Assembly (NCBI RefSeq): GCF_036321535.1
Contig: NC_087438.1
Span: 10,418,001-10,482,000 of the forward strand
Direction of reading: 5' to 3'
DNA: 64,000 nucleotides
DNA from: Camelus dromedarius
Lineage: Eukaryota
The notes under the pieces were generated by a model. The model saw only the letters and a program-made list of their open reading frames with translations. It was not told the DNA's origin and made no database searches. Positions 1-12,530 of this stretch are shown piece by piece. The stretch's first letter is position 1. The number at the start of each line of letters is the position of its first letter. Position numbers and translations under genes: made by a program.

Positions 1-630
1 TTTTTCCCAAAATCAGTCTGGACATTTCCTACTTTTTAGACTTTTTGACATTCAACTTTCTGTACAAAAAAAAAAATTGGCTGGATTTTGAGCTTTTGGT
101 AAGAAATAAATGCCAATTAAGCACTAGCCGCCTTGAGGCCGGCGTTGACGTCTGTGGCAGAGTTCACGCTGGTGTGGGAGACCTTCCACAAAAGATGCTG
201 GGTTTCTGGGCACGCTTGAATTTTTCTGGATGTCTTTTTATCTTTGTTGTGTGAAATCCACTTTAAGGAAAAAAAAAAAAAAAAGACCAGCCCGCTTTCC
301 CAAGCCAGCCAGACACCATCAACTGGCTTAGTTAAGCTTTGCAGCTTCCAATGTATTTTATTTATTCTTTCGTTGGGTTTTTGTTTGTTTCTTGTAAAAT
401 TGTACAGAAACTTTTTAAAAGAAATTGGATTCAGAACTGGATGTGTATTCGTAACCTCACAACTTTTATTTGTGTGTTGTTTCATTTATTATTTCAGTTC
501 CATTTTTATGTTATTTTGCATGTATATTTCTTTGTACAGAGACCTTCCGTGTTTACACAGTATGATGTGATGTAAATATTTTATTTTGCCATCAGTTATT
601 TTAAAAAATTAAACATATTTGCCTGATTTT
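1..630 (+). other. TRIO: Terminal 3' UTR of upstream gene, probably TRIO
   Basis: Repeat-free, U-rich segment with many TGTA motifs, a Pumilio element TGTAAATA (571-578), a miR-30 8-mer TGTTTACA (550-557), and poly(A) signals AATAAA (105-110) and ATTAAA (608-613). Identity is inferred from the conserved order TRIO-OTULINL-OTULIN-ANKH; no TRIO coding sequence is in the window. Confidence 0.65.
608..613 (+). terminator. Poly(A) signal ATTAAA of upstream gene
   Basis: ATTAAA with upstream TGTA elements, downstream T-rich sequence and an abrupt change in composition afterwards. Confidence 0.6.
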
Positions 631-1814
631 CGTCTTAGGCCTTTTATTTAAATGGGTCACTATTGAATGGAAAAGAGATCGCTGTGGGAAGAGACTGACG
701 GACAGAGGCCTCTGGTGGGTTGGGGCGGGGGGTGGGAAGAGAATATTCTGGATGGGGAATTCACTGTGTGTGGTCCGAAACAGGAGCCAGGCAAGGTCCT
801 GCAGACTGGGTCACAGCCCCGACTCAGAAGACATGGCGTATAAACCAGAATGTCAGCTGACTGCACAGTGGGGCTGCACCTGTCCTGGCTAGAGTGACTA
901 AGGGACCCCCTGTTCTTGATGAGCATAGATTCAGAGCCAAGGGGAAAGCTGTAGCATCCTGGCCACAGAGAAGCATGAATAACGTGGTCCAGATGGACTG
1001 AAGAAAGTGAAGCGCTTAGGTTCAATCACCTGCGTTGGGAACAAATCCAAGGACCCACACCTGGGAAGACCCCTCCCCGCCAACCGTGGTGGCTACTGCC
1101 TGCTTCTGACAGCAGGTCCTCTCCCCTGGTGACCCCCGGCATCCCTCTTGTTTTGATTCCTTTTTGCTTTCTTGTTTTGAATTCACTACCCCTGGGATGG
1201 TGACTTACTTTGCTCAGCACACCATAAAGGTTTTACTTTTCATCTGTTTGCTGAAATCCCGAAGTTCAGTGTGAAAGGACGACATTTGGGCCAAGACCCT
1301 GGGTCCAGGCACGGGAAGCTCGTGCTCCCTGAGGTGAGTGCTTCCTCCTGGATCCCAGGGACATCAGTGCTCAGTGGGCTCTGAAAAGATGGAAACGCGG
1401 GGTCGGTTCTAACTTGAGCAACAGGGGAGGCAAGGGTCTGCTGGTTTTAATTGGACACTTGCTGAATGATGTAAGGATGCTTGTGAGTTAGCAAAGCATC
1501 TCGCAGGTGAAAAGTGGCCTGTCGCGATCACAACCCAGATTTCTCAAATAGCAAAATATTATTTTGCATGTTACTATTTATGTATTTTTTTTAAATCCGA
1601 GCATTCTCTTTAGCTCTAACAGAAAAAAGATCACCAGTATTTTAGCAACATAAATTATGAGCATCATCTTATAGCAAGTCATATCTAAAGGATATTAGGC
1701 CATCTTAGACCACTGGAAAGAAAGGTGCTTTCAACTGTACACTTTTCAGACAACTGTAGAGACAGAATTCGTGGGACTGATAGATTGCTCTGTGTGTACA
1801 TGTGTGGTTTAACT

Positions 1815-4800
1815 TAAAAAAAAAATAAGATACACAAACCATGATTATATAGCTTAATACATTTCTATAGGTATATTTGTATCTGTGATTGCCATCCAAA
1901 GCAAAACAATCCAACATTTCCATCATCCCCGAGAAAGTCCGCCCTGCCCCCCCCAGTCAGTCCCTCCCTGCCACCCACTGGCGGACGCCTGAATCTTTCC
2001 CAGCTTTTGGCTGTTACAAATAAAGCTTCTCTGGACATTTGTGTACAGATTTTGGGGGGAACATTCATCTTCATGTCTCTGGCATAAATGTCAGACAATT
2101 TCCTGATCGTATGGTAGGTGCATATTTCATTTTTTAATGGTTTGCTAAACTGTTTTCCAGACTACCATTTTACATTCACACCAACAATGTATGAGAAATC
2201 CAGTTTCTTCACATCTCCAGCGTTTGGTGGTGTCACTAACTTCTTTTTTTTTTTTTTTTTTGGCACGGGGCGTTCTGACAAGTGTATAGTGATGTGTTAC
2301 GTGGTTTTGATTTGCATTTCCCTAGTGGCTAGTGATGTTGAACACTTTCCCTGTGCTTAATTGCCATCTGCTTCTCCTCTTGAGTGAAAAGTCTCTTCAG
2401 ATCCTTTGCCCATTTTCTACTGGAGTTTTGCACTTTTGACTGTTGAGCTTTGAGAGTTCCTTATATATTCCAGATGCTAGTCCTTTGTCAGAGAAGTGGT
2501 TTACAGATATTTCCCCTAATTTACAGTTTGTCTTTTTATCTTCCTAACAGGAGCTTTCATAGAGGAAAAAGGTTTTAATTTTGATGAATTCCTGTTGATC
2601 AGTTCTTTTCTGGACCAAGCTTCTTCTTGTTGAGTCTAAGAACTCTTTACCTGGATTGAAGCTTTTTCTCCTTAGTTTTTTCCTAAACATTTTTAAGTTT
2701 TACGTTATACATATAAATCCCTGATCCATTTGGAGTTAATTTTTGAAAAAGTTATAAAATATAGGTTGAGGGGTTTTTTGTTATTTTTAGTTTGCTTGTT
2801 TTCTTCTTTTTGTTTTGCAGATGGATGGCCAATTAATCCAGCATGACTTGTTGAAAAGGTACCCTTTTTTGATTTTGTCAGAAATCAATTGGGCCTGTTT
2901 ATGTGGGTCTATGTCTGGGTTCTCGTTTCTATTCCATTGATCTAATTTTCTCCCCCTCGATTGATACCACACAGTGTGGATTGCTGTTGGTGTACAATGA
3001 GTCTTGATATCAGATAGACTGTACTGCTCCCCCTGCCTTTATTCTCTTTTTCAAAATTAGTTTAGCTATTCTCCTTTGCCTTTCCAGATAAATTTGAGAA
3101 GAGTCTTGTCTGTAGCTACAAAATATCTTGCTGTAAGTTTTATAGAAATTGCATTAAATCTGTATATCAGTTTGAGAAGTCTTTACTATGTTGAGTCCTC
3201 CAATCCACAAATACAACGTGGCTTGCCTTTTATTTAGATTTCCTTTGATTTCTGTCATCAGTATTTTGTTGTTTTAAAAGTTCTTGCATGTGTCTTGTTA
3301 GAATTATACCTAAGTATTTCTCTTTTAAGCAACTATAAATATTGTATTTTTAATTTTATTGTCCATGAATTCATTACTGCTATACAGAAATACAATTGAT
3401 TTTTTAATTTTATCATTTGTTTTACATATTTGCTAAACTCCCTAGTTCTAGGTGTTTTTATAGATTCCTTGGGATTCTCTACATGACTGTGTCATCTGCA
3501 AATAAAGGACAGTTTTATTTCTTCTGTTCCAATTTGTATACTTCCTATTTCTTTTTCTTTTCTTATTGCACTAGTTACAACTTCCCATATTATGGTGAAT
3601 ACAAGTGGTGAGAGCAGACATCCTTGTCTTGTTCCTGGTCTTAAGTGGGAAAGCGTTCCATCCTTCACCACTAAGTGCAGTGTAAGCCGTAGACTTTTAC
3701 ACTCTTTACCAAGCTGAGGATGTTCTCTGTTCCTGTTTTTCTGAGTTTTTACCATGAATGGGGGTTGAATGTTGCCAAATGTGTTTTCTATGTCAATAGA
3801 TCATGTAATTTTTCTTCTTTAGCCTATTAGAATGATGCATTATATGGATTGATGTTTGAATATCAAGCCAACCTTGCATCCTTGGAGTGAACCCCATGAG
3901 GTCGTGGTGTATAATTCTTTCTGTTTCTGAATTGTATTTGGTAATACTTTGTTAAGGATTTTTATATCTATATTCATAAGGGATAGTGGTTGTAATTTCC
4001 TTTTTTGTGTATGTACTTTTGATTTTGGTATAGGTACTGCTAGCTTCAAAAAATGAATTAAGAAGTGTTATCTCCTATTCTGTTTTCTAGAAGAGATTGG
4101 GTAAAATTGATGTTAATTCTTTAAATGTTTGGGAGACTTCTCTAGTGGAACCATGTGGCCTAGAGATTTTTTATGTGAAATTTTTACATTATGAATTTGC
4201 TTTCCCGAATTGTTAGTTATTCAAATGACCTACTTCATAGATAGTGAACTATGATAGGTTGTGCTTTTCAAATTGATCTATGTTCTCTCTAGTTATTCAA
4301 TCAATTATTGTTAGAAGAATGTTGAAGACTGCAACTATAATTATGGATTTTTCTGTTTCTTTTTTCACTTCTTTCAGTTTTTGCTACATATAATTTGCAG
4401 CTCTGTTCTTTGATGCACACACACTTGGGAGAACTATGTCTCCTTGGTGGGTTAACCCTTATATGACTGTGTGATATACCATTCTTCTCTCTAGCAGTTT
4501 TCTTTGCTCCAATATCTACTTTATCTGATACTAATGTAGTTACTCCTACTTTTTTAAAATTAATGTTAGCATCTTTTCCTATCCTTTACCTGTTACCATA
4601 TCTGTATCATTATATATGAGTAGATTTCTTACAGACAACGTCTAGTTGGATCATGTTTTTTAATCCACTGTGCCCATCTCTGTCTGTTAATTGGTGTATT
4701 TGGATTATTTACATTTAATGTAATTATTGGTAGGGTTGAGGCTTAAGCCTGCACTTTTATTTTTTGGTTTATTGTTCTCTCTGCTTCCCACTTTTCCGTT

Positions 4801-6911
4801 TTCTTTTGCCTGCCTTCCTGTGGGTTGCTTGAGCACTTTTAGAATTTCATTTTGATTTATCCATCCTGATTTTGAATATATCTCTCTGTATAGCTTTAGT
4901 GGTTGCTCTCGGAATTGCATTATACATACATAACTCATCACAGTCTACTGGTGTCATCACTTTACCAGTGTTTGTAAAATATAGAAAACTTACATCTCTT
5001 TATGTCTCATTACCCTCTCTAGTTTATAATTGTTTTAAATATTTCCTGTACAGACATTTAGAACCACATCACATGATGTTATAACTTAGTTTCAACCATC
5101 AAACATAATTTAAAAAACTAAAATGTATTCTACTTACATATATTTTTACTCTTTCCATTGTTCTTCCTTCCTAATATTCCAACGTTTCTTTACCCTTTCC
5201 TTTCTATTCAGAGAACTAGCTTTAGCCATTCCATTAGGGTAGTTCTGCTGGCAACAAATTCTCTTGGTTTTCCTTCATCTGATAATGCCTGTTTTTACCC
5301 TTTCATTCCTGACATTTCCCCTGGATATAGAATTCTGGGTTGACAGATCTTTTTTCCTTTCTGCACTTGGAAAATGTGCAATGCTGCTTCATTCAGGACT
5401 TCATGATTTCTGGTAAGAAATCTACTGTCATTTTTTCCTCTTATAATTAAGATATTTTTCTCCCACTTTCAAGATTTTTTCTTTGTTTTTAATTTTCAGA
5501 AGTTTGCCAATGATGTGTCTTAGTGTGAATTTCTTTGTGTTTATTCTGAGATTCACTCAGATTCCTGAATCTGTAGGTTTTGTATCTTTTGCCAAATTTT
5601 CAGTCATTTTTCCAAGTACATGTAGAGCCCTGCCTTCTCTTTTTCTCCCTCAAAGACTCCAGTGATGTGAGTATTAGCCGTTTTTGGGGGGTTTTTTGGG
5701 GTTTTTTTTGGCTCCACAGGTCTCTGAGGCACTGCTCTTCCCCCCGCCCCTCCCAAGCTACTTTCTCATCATTGTTCAGATTGGGTAGCTTCTGTTTTCC
5801 TATCAGCAGGTACACCAAGCATGTCCTCTCTCCACTCCAGTCTGCTGTCGAACCCATACAGTGAGTTTATTTCGGTTGTTGTATTTCTGTGTTCTAAAAT
5901 TTGATTCTGTTTGTCTTTATATCTTTTATTTCTTTGCTAAGACTTTTGATCTTTTCCTTTCTTTCAAGCATGTTCATAATTGTTCCTTGACAGATTTTTA
6001 TCACAACTGCTTCAAAACTTTTGCCAGATTATCCTAACATTCCTGTCATCTCATTATTGGTGTCTATTGTGTATCTTTTTGATGCAAGTTGAGATTTTCC
6101 TAGTTGGTACGATGAATGATCTACATTTGAAATGGGGACATTTTAGATATTATTAGGTTATGAATTCTGAATCTCATTTAAACCTGATTTCACTGGCTTC
6201 CTCTAACACCATTCCAGCAGGGGAAGAGGGCTGGATGCTGCTTCACTAATGGTGAAAACGTTCTGAGTTCCACTAGGCCTCCTCTGACATCACCCCAGCG
6301 GGGAGGGAAGGGGTCTTGTGATTGCTTGGTGGAAGTGAAAACGGAAGTGTAGGCTCCCCACGTGATCCCCACGGGTAGCAGGGGGGCGGGGAGTCTTGTT
6401 ACTGCCCTTCAGGGATGAAAGTCCCAGCTCCCCATTTGACCTTCTCTAACACCATCTTGGCCAGAGGGTGGGGTTCCCCATTACAACCTGGCTGGGGTGG
6501 GAAATCTAGGCTCCCCACTCAGTCTTTGCTGGTGGGGTGGGGGTGCAGGCCACCATGTTTTCTGTCCTGTCCGGCTAGAGTAGGGAAGTTATTGCCTAAA
6601 AGTTTCTGTCTGACAAGGCTGACCCTTTCCTGGTCCTCTGTCTAGAGAGAGCCGGGTTTTGTCTGGACCTCTGTTGTTGGCATTTCCAAATTGTGCACTT
6701 CTTCAGCTCTGAGGCTGAGATGTACAAAGCAAAAAGAAATCCAGAGAACTACCACCTTGGGGTTCCTCAGCCCTGAGCTTTCTCACTGGTCTGCTTTCTT
6801 CTCTTCACCTTGCAGAGTCATTTTAAGTTCGTTTTATGTGGACTCAGGATTTTCCTTAGTTGGAGAAATAGGAAAAGTCTGTCTACCCCAGCTTCCCAGA
6901 AGCAGAAGTCC
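1815..6911 (-). mobile_element. Ancient, decayed near-full-length LINE-1 (L1M-type)
   Basis: Minus-strand ORF2 remnants: GTRQGCLLSPLVF...EIKLSF (3492-3755, RT), PLSLMNIDIKILNK (3840-4049), WYQ..DQWNR (2787-2972). 3' UTR-like sequence near 1815-2100 and an L1 5'-end-like GGACTTCTGCTTCTGG near 6895-6911. Confidence 0.85.
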
Positions 6912-7999
6912 AGTGCCAATGCTTCTCTGTTTATTTGCTCATTTTAGGATTGTGTGATGTGGGTTTCCTGACAGGTACAAAAGCAACTGCATCATCTTAG
7001 TTTCCAAAGTGACCGATTTTATCAGTTATAAAAGGGAGAACTTCACAACCAGTAATGGTCAGAATTTAAGTTCATTGCACAGTTTACTATCTTACACCTT
7101 TTCTTGATTCGTTTCTCATTGACTCATTTCTTACTGAGGCCTTACTTAACTACCAACACTCGTATTCTCCTCCTGTTCCCCTGTAACCAGGCGGAATGTC
7201 CAGGAAGGGATAACTGATGAGAAACAGTAGGTCACAGCCGGGCTCCTGAGAGCCAGTGGTCTGGACAGGCAGCACTGGTCACGTGGCAGGACTGGGGGCC
7301 TGCAGGGAGCGTGTGGGAAGCTCTGCTCTCTGGAAGGATCTGTGGGGGAGAGGAGGGAAGATTATTGACTCGAGTAACTTCTAGAAGGCTGCATGCAATG
7401 AAATGTCCGACAGAAGTTCTGGGGGAGCAGAAAAGAGCACCGTGCCAGGCCTTGCAGCTCAGCAGGGTTTCCAGACTCACCTCCGGTTGGGTCCAGGCGT
7501 CAGGTTGCTCTGGCAACAGCAAGGTCGCGAGCCGAGGGAACGATTCTGGTGTCATTTAAGGCAGCAGAACATTTGCTTCCTCAGAGGTCTCCTGCCTCGT
7601 TGGCCATTTCTTATTTACAAGTCAAAGCTTTTACAGAGGTTTCTCTTTCACTCTGTGGCACTCATCCTCTGGCCACCCCGCTTCTGAGGCCCCTTTTTCG
7701 GGACTGCTGAGTTTACTGGAGCATCTTCCTCCTTCCTCCTCCCATAGAATATGAAAGTTAGAGGGTTTACAAGGCAAAACCTCTTGTGAAAGGCCAAGAA
7801 AAGTGGAGACCTGAATCACTGCTGATAGAAAACCCCCATCTCTGCTACATTTTTGAAGGTTAAAAAAAAACCTCTTTCACTCGGTTTTACCCTATCCCTC
7901 GGTTTCTTGATGACTAAGTTAACCTCATGTGAATGTGCTTATACAGGAAAGAACAAGTCAGAACAAATGACAGAGAAACAGATTTAAGAGACATAGCCT

Positions 8000-8100
8000 G
8001 GGGGGGGGGGGGTAATAGCTCAGTGGTAAAGCACATGCTTAGCGCACACGAGGACCTGGGTTCAATCCCCAGTACCTCCATTGAAAAAAATAATAATAAT
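8000..8100 (+). mobile_element. tRNA-derived camelid-type SINE (vic-1-like)
   Basis: G-run, A box TAGCTCAGTGG, B box GGTTCAATCCC, then CAGTACCTCC and an A/(AAT)n tail. Confidence 0.9.
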
Positions 8101-9269
8101 TTGAGAACTGCTGACACTGCTGTGTCGTTAAGATATGGTAATAACCTGGTTTCCATGTTTATCTAAAATGCTCACGCCAAAAGAGAAAAGATGCAAAGCA
8201 TCACTGTTTTGCAAACATGGAAATTCCCGACCAGTGCTAAGCTCTGTCAAGCCAGGGTTTGTTCCAGCAGGCTCCCCAGAGGTGAGAAGATGTCAGTGTT
8301 CCTTTATTTTCCTTCTCAATTTTATGGCCAAGTGGGTGAAATAGGAAATATAAATGAGAGCAGGCATTACAGCTCTGCAGGTGTTAAATTCACTCACCCC
8401 TACCCCTCTGACCTACCCCATTTTTCTTTGAGGCCACCTCCCACCTGTGGGAATTGTCAGGGGTCAGTTGGGAACCACCTTCTCTGGTGACACAGGCTCC
8501 TTCCCAGGCAACCTCAGTTGATCCCATGCTTCTGTTAACACTGTGTTGGTTGCCTGTGGCCTTTAACAAATCACCACAGACCACAAGGAACTAAAAACAA
8601 CAGCGTGTGTGTGCAGTTGGGGCAAGTTATGAACAACAACATACAGAAAACAGAAGTCCAACTGCCATTTTTAAGGTGTCGGGGGCAAAGGCAGGGCACT
8701 GCCCATGATCCCTGCACGCAGCACCCTGCAGGGGTCGGGCGGGCCACCCAAGCCCCTCCCCTCCTCTCCAGCCTCACCCTGGTCGGCAAGAGCAGGAGAA
8801 AAGCCATCTAAACTACTAAACAGTTAAGCATTTACAAACACCATATGGTCACCCGTGACAGTAGGGTCCTGCTTGGTTACAGGGGGACCTCCCTGTACTA
8901 CCTTTGCAACTTTCTGTAAGCTTATAATTATTTCAAAATAAAACATTTTTTAAAAGTCTTGTCCCTCTCAGAGCCAGCCAGTGGCAGAGCTGGCCCAGGA
9001 CTCTTGTTTTAGGGTGACCAGCCCTCTCCCTCCACAGACCACTAAGACAGGCTTCTCTGGAACCACGAACATTCCACAGACAAAGCTGCTGGGACCAGGG
9101 ACACCCCAAGAATACCCTCCCCTCTGCTTCAGTAGCTGGAGTCCCTCCCCTTGTTCCATGGGGGCTGCCCCTCCCCCCACCTGGCTTACCTCTTCCCCTG
9201 CTAGGTCAGGGCGAGGCCAGGACAGGGGCAGTGGGGTGGGGCAAGGAGGGACCCATTTCTAATATGTTT

Positions 9270-9560
9270 TAAAATAAAATACCTAGGGAAAATCTGGCAG
9301 AAGCTGCCCAAAATCTCTTCCCTGAAAACAACGAAATGTTGTTGAAAAATGTAAAAAATACTAATTTGTGGAGGGAAATACCACGTTCATAGATTGGATG
9401 GCTTAATGTTGTAAAGAGGTCAGTTCTCCTTAAGTTCACCTGTAGATTCAATGCAGTCCCAATCACAGCCCTAGCAGGTGTTTCTGTCGAAATTGATTGA
9501 CAAGCCTACTCTAAAATTCATATGGAAGTGCAGAGGACCAAGACGCACCAAAGCACCCGT
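9270..9560 (+). mobile_element. Old L1 ORF2 fragment
   Basis: AAAATACCTAGG...AGATTCAATGCAGTCCCAATC...CTAAAATTCATATGGAA is typical L1 ORF2 (FIWK motif in ORF 9478-9771). Confidence 0.75.
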
Positions 9561-10204
9561 GAAGAGGACCGAGGAAGCCGGAGGAGCACCTACGGGACTG
9601 ACTATCAGGACCTCTGACGAGACTCCAGGACGCAGGACTCTGGGATTGACAAGGAGGGACAACCCAGGCGGGCATCCTAGTTTGCCTTTGGTTTTTCTAG
9701 GTTGTGCCAGAATTCAAAGAGACCATGATTGCTTAGGGAAAGACCCTGGAATTCATCCCCCCAGTGAATAGCTGGTACATATGAGAAAGGCCTGGGCTGG
9801 ACCCATAGGTCAGAGAATCATCAGAATGTTGAAGTCAGAGGGACTAAAACGCTCCTGTTAAGAAAAGAAGGCAGAGCGGTAAGTGAGAGAGGACACAGAG
9901 GGCTGGAGCCATAGGCTTGTTATGTAGACAGTGGTATCACTGTTCCTTTCAGAACATTTTTCCCTAAATTTCTTTCTCATTAACGTCCTCTCAGGAAATG
10001 TATGGTTTAGGCCAGCTGACTGGGTTAGCATGAACTTGTGTGACCCTGAACCCCAGGAAAACACTCAAGAGTCCCTGAGAATGTCCCATGAGCATGAACA
10101 TCCAGGTCTCCACCGTCACCTTATGAGCATTGAAAATGCTCACGTTCAGGGCATTCAGAAAACCTCCAAAGATGGACTGAAACCAAACTGAAGGATCACT
10201 CGTA

Positions 10205-11572
10205 CAATGGAAAAAAGACAGTCTCTTCTGCAAGTGGTGCTGGGAAAACTGGATGGCTGCATGTAAATCAGTGAAGTTAGAACACCTCCTCACACCATAT
10301 ACAAAGCTAAACTCCAAATGGCTTAAAGACTTAAACATATGACAAGACACTATAAACCTCCTAGAAGAAAACATAAGCAAAACATTCTCCGACATAAATC
10401 TTAGCAATGTTCTCCAAGGGCAATATACCCAGGCAATAGAAATAAAAGCAAAAATAAACAAGTGGGACCTAATTAAACTTAAAAGCTTTTGCACAGCAAA
10501 GGAAACCATAAACAAAACAAAAAAGCAATCTTTGAAAATATTTGTAAATGATGCAACTGACAATTCCAGAATATACAAACAGCTCATACAACTTAATAGC
10601 AAAAAAACAAACAACTCAATCCAAAAATGGGCAGAAGACCTAAATAAGTAATTCTCCAATGAAGGCATATAAATGGCCAATAGGCACATGAAAAAATGTT
10701 CAATATCACTAATTATCAGAAAAGTGCAAATCAAAACTACAATGAGGTATCACCTCACACCAGTCAGAGTGGCCATCATTCAAAAGTCCACAAACAATAG
10801 TTGCTGGAGAGGCTGTGGAGAAAAGGGAGCCCTCCTACACTGCTGGTGGGAATGTAATTGGTGCAGCCACTATGGAAAATAATATGCAGATTCCTTTAAA
10901 AAACTAAAAATAGACTTATCATACGATCCAGCAATCCCACTCTTAGGCATATATCTGGAGGGAACTCTAATTGGAAAAGACACATGCACCTCAGTGTTCA
11001 CAGCAGCACTATATACAATAGCCAAGACATGGAAACAACCTAAGTGTCCATTGACAGATGACTGTATAAAGAAGCTGTGGTATGTTTATACAATAGAATA
11101 CTATTCAGCCATAAAAAAGAATAAAATAATGCCATTTGCTGCAACATGGATGGACCTGGGATGGTCATTCTAAGTGAAGTAAGCCAGAAAGAGAAAGAAA
11201 AATACCATATGGTATCACTTATACATGGAATCTGAAAAAAAGACACAAATGAATTTTCTACAGAACAGAAATAGATTCACAGACACAGAGAACAAACTTA
11301 TGGTTACCAAGCGGGAAAGGGGTCGGAAGGGATAAATTGGGAGTTTGAGATTTGCAGATACTAACTACTATATATGAAATAGATAAACAACAAGTTTCTA
11401 CTGTATAGCACAGGGAACTATATTCAATATCTTGTAGTAACCTATAATGAAAAGGAATATATGTATATACATGGATGACTGAAACTTTATGCTGTACACT
11501 AGAAATTGATTCAACATTGTAAACTGACTATGCTTCAATAAAATAAACAAATAATTTTTAAAATTAAAAAAA
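10205..11572 (+). mobile_element. Young 5'-truncated LINE-1 (ORF2 C-terminus, 3' UTR, A-tail)
   Basis: ORF 10673-10882 gives MRYHLTPVR...[18 protein letters not shown] (L1 ORF2 cysteine-rich domain). A-rich tail from ~11538. TSD AAGGATCACTC(G/A)TA at 10191-10204 and 11607-11620. Confidence 0.95.
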
Positions 11573-11992
11573 CCACCTACAGACATGGCCATACACACAC
11601 ACACAAAAGGATCACTCATATAGGAGCAACTGAATAAGTCACGTTTACATAAGGGAATATTACACTATTTATTTATTAAATCAATAATGTCATTTCTCTG
11701 TGTGGACTTGGGAAAATCACCAGGACAAATTTTTTTAAAAGCACAGTGAAAGACAGGAAGTGTGGACCCCTGAAAGTAGGGAAGGAGTTCAAATGTTACT
11801 TTTATTTAATCCTCATAACCACGTGAAATTAATCCCATTAATAAGTGAAGAAGCAGAAGCTCACAAGCTGTAGAATCCGTGGTCTACAGCATGACTATAG
11901 GTGTTTAATTCTGCGGGGGGTCTCAGGAAGGATTTGATGGCTGACTTCCTCCTGGCTCCCTCAGTCCTGGGCATCTGTCTTGATCTGCCCAT

Positions 11993-12530
11993 GACTCGGC
12001 TCAAAATGTGGTCCTTCGGGCAGCAGCAGCAGCATCACCGCAGAGCTGGTTAAGGAGGCAGAATATTTCCTGCCTGGGTTATTAATTCCAGCCATTCTTT
12101 CCTTCTTACAGCCAAAAGTCAAGACCAGCCTGTTGGTTTTAACCTGTGGAATGCATGTTTATGCACAGTGGCCAATGTAAACATCCATATGGTGGAAAAG
12201 AATTTAGGATGGCATCCTGCTCGAGACCTGCAATTCACTGCTGCCGGAAAGCATGTAAACCTATGGAGACAGAGTAATGAAAGGAACCCTGTAGACAAAG
12301 AGAGGACTGATCTCAAGTTTTCTCTTTACTTTGTGACTTTTCATTCCTTCATCCATGGCCCAGTGTTTCCGCCCATGCATAGCTATAAGAAATCAAGAAC
12401 TAAATAAAATACATTCCAGCCTAAAAAAAGGAAGAAATGCAGAATGTCAGGCCTCATCTCAGTCCTGCTGAATCAGAATCGGCATTTTCACAAGATCCCT
12501 GGCGCTGCAGACCATCACTCCAGTCGGAGC
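11993..12530 (+). mobile_element. MER5A-type hAT-Charlie element, split by an insertion at ~12065-12432
   Basis: Left half CTCAAAATGTGGTCC...CAGCATCACC...GCAGAAT; right half AGAAATGCAGAAT..CAGGCC...CTGAATCAGAATC.GCATTTT.ACAAGATCCC. Confidence 0.75.

Noticed and set aside
45..575. Several short hydrophobic ORFs at the window start
   Set aside because: Artefacts of T-rich 3' UTR composition; no splice or homology support.
8000..8080. tRNA-like sequence with A and B boxes (also 28795 and 45545)
   Set aside because: G-run head, A-rich tail and multiple diverged copies identify SINEs, not tRNA genes.
9991..10734. 247-aa minus-strand ORF
   Set aside because: It is the antisense reading of the young L1 ORF2 region, not a gene.
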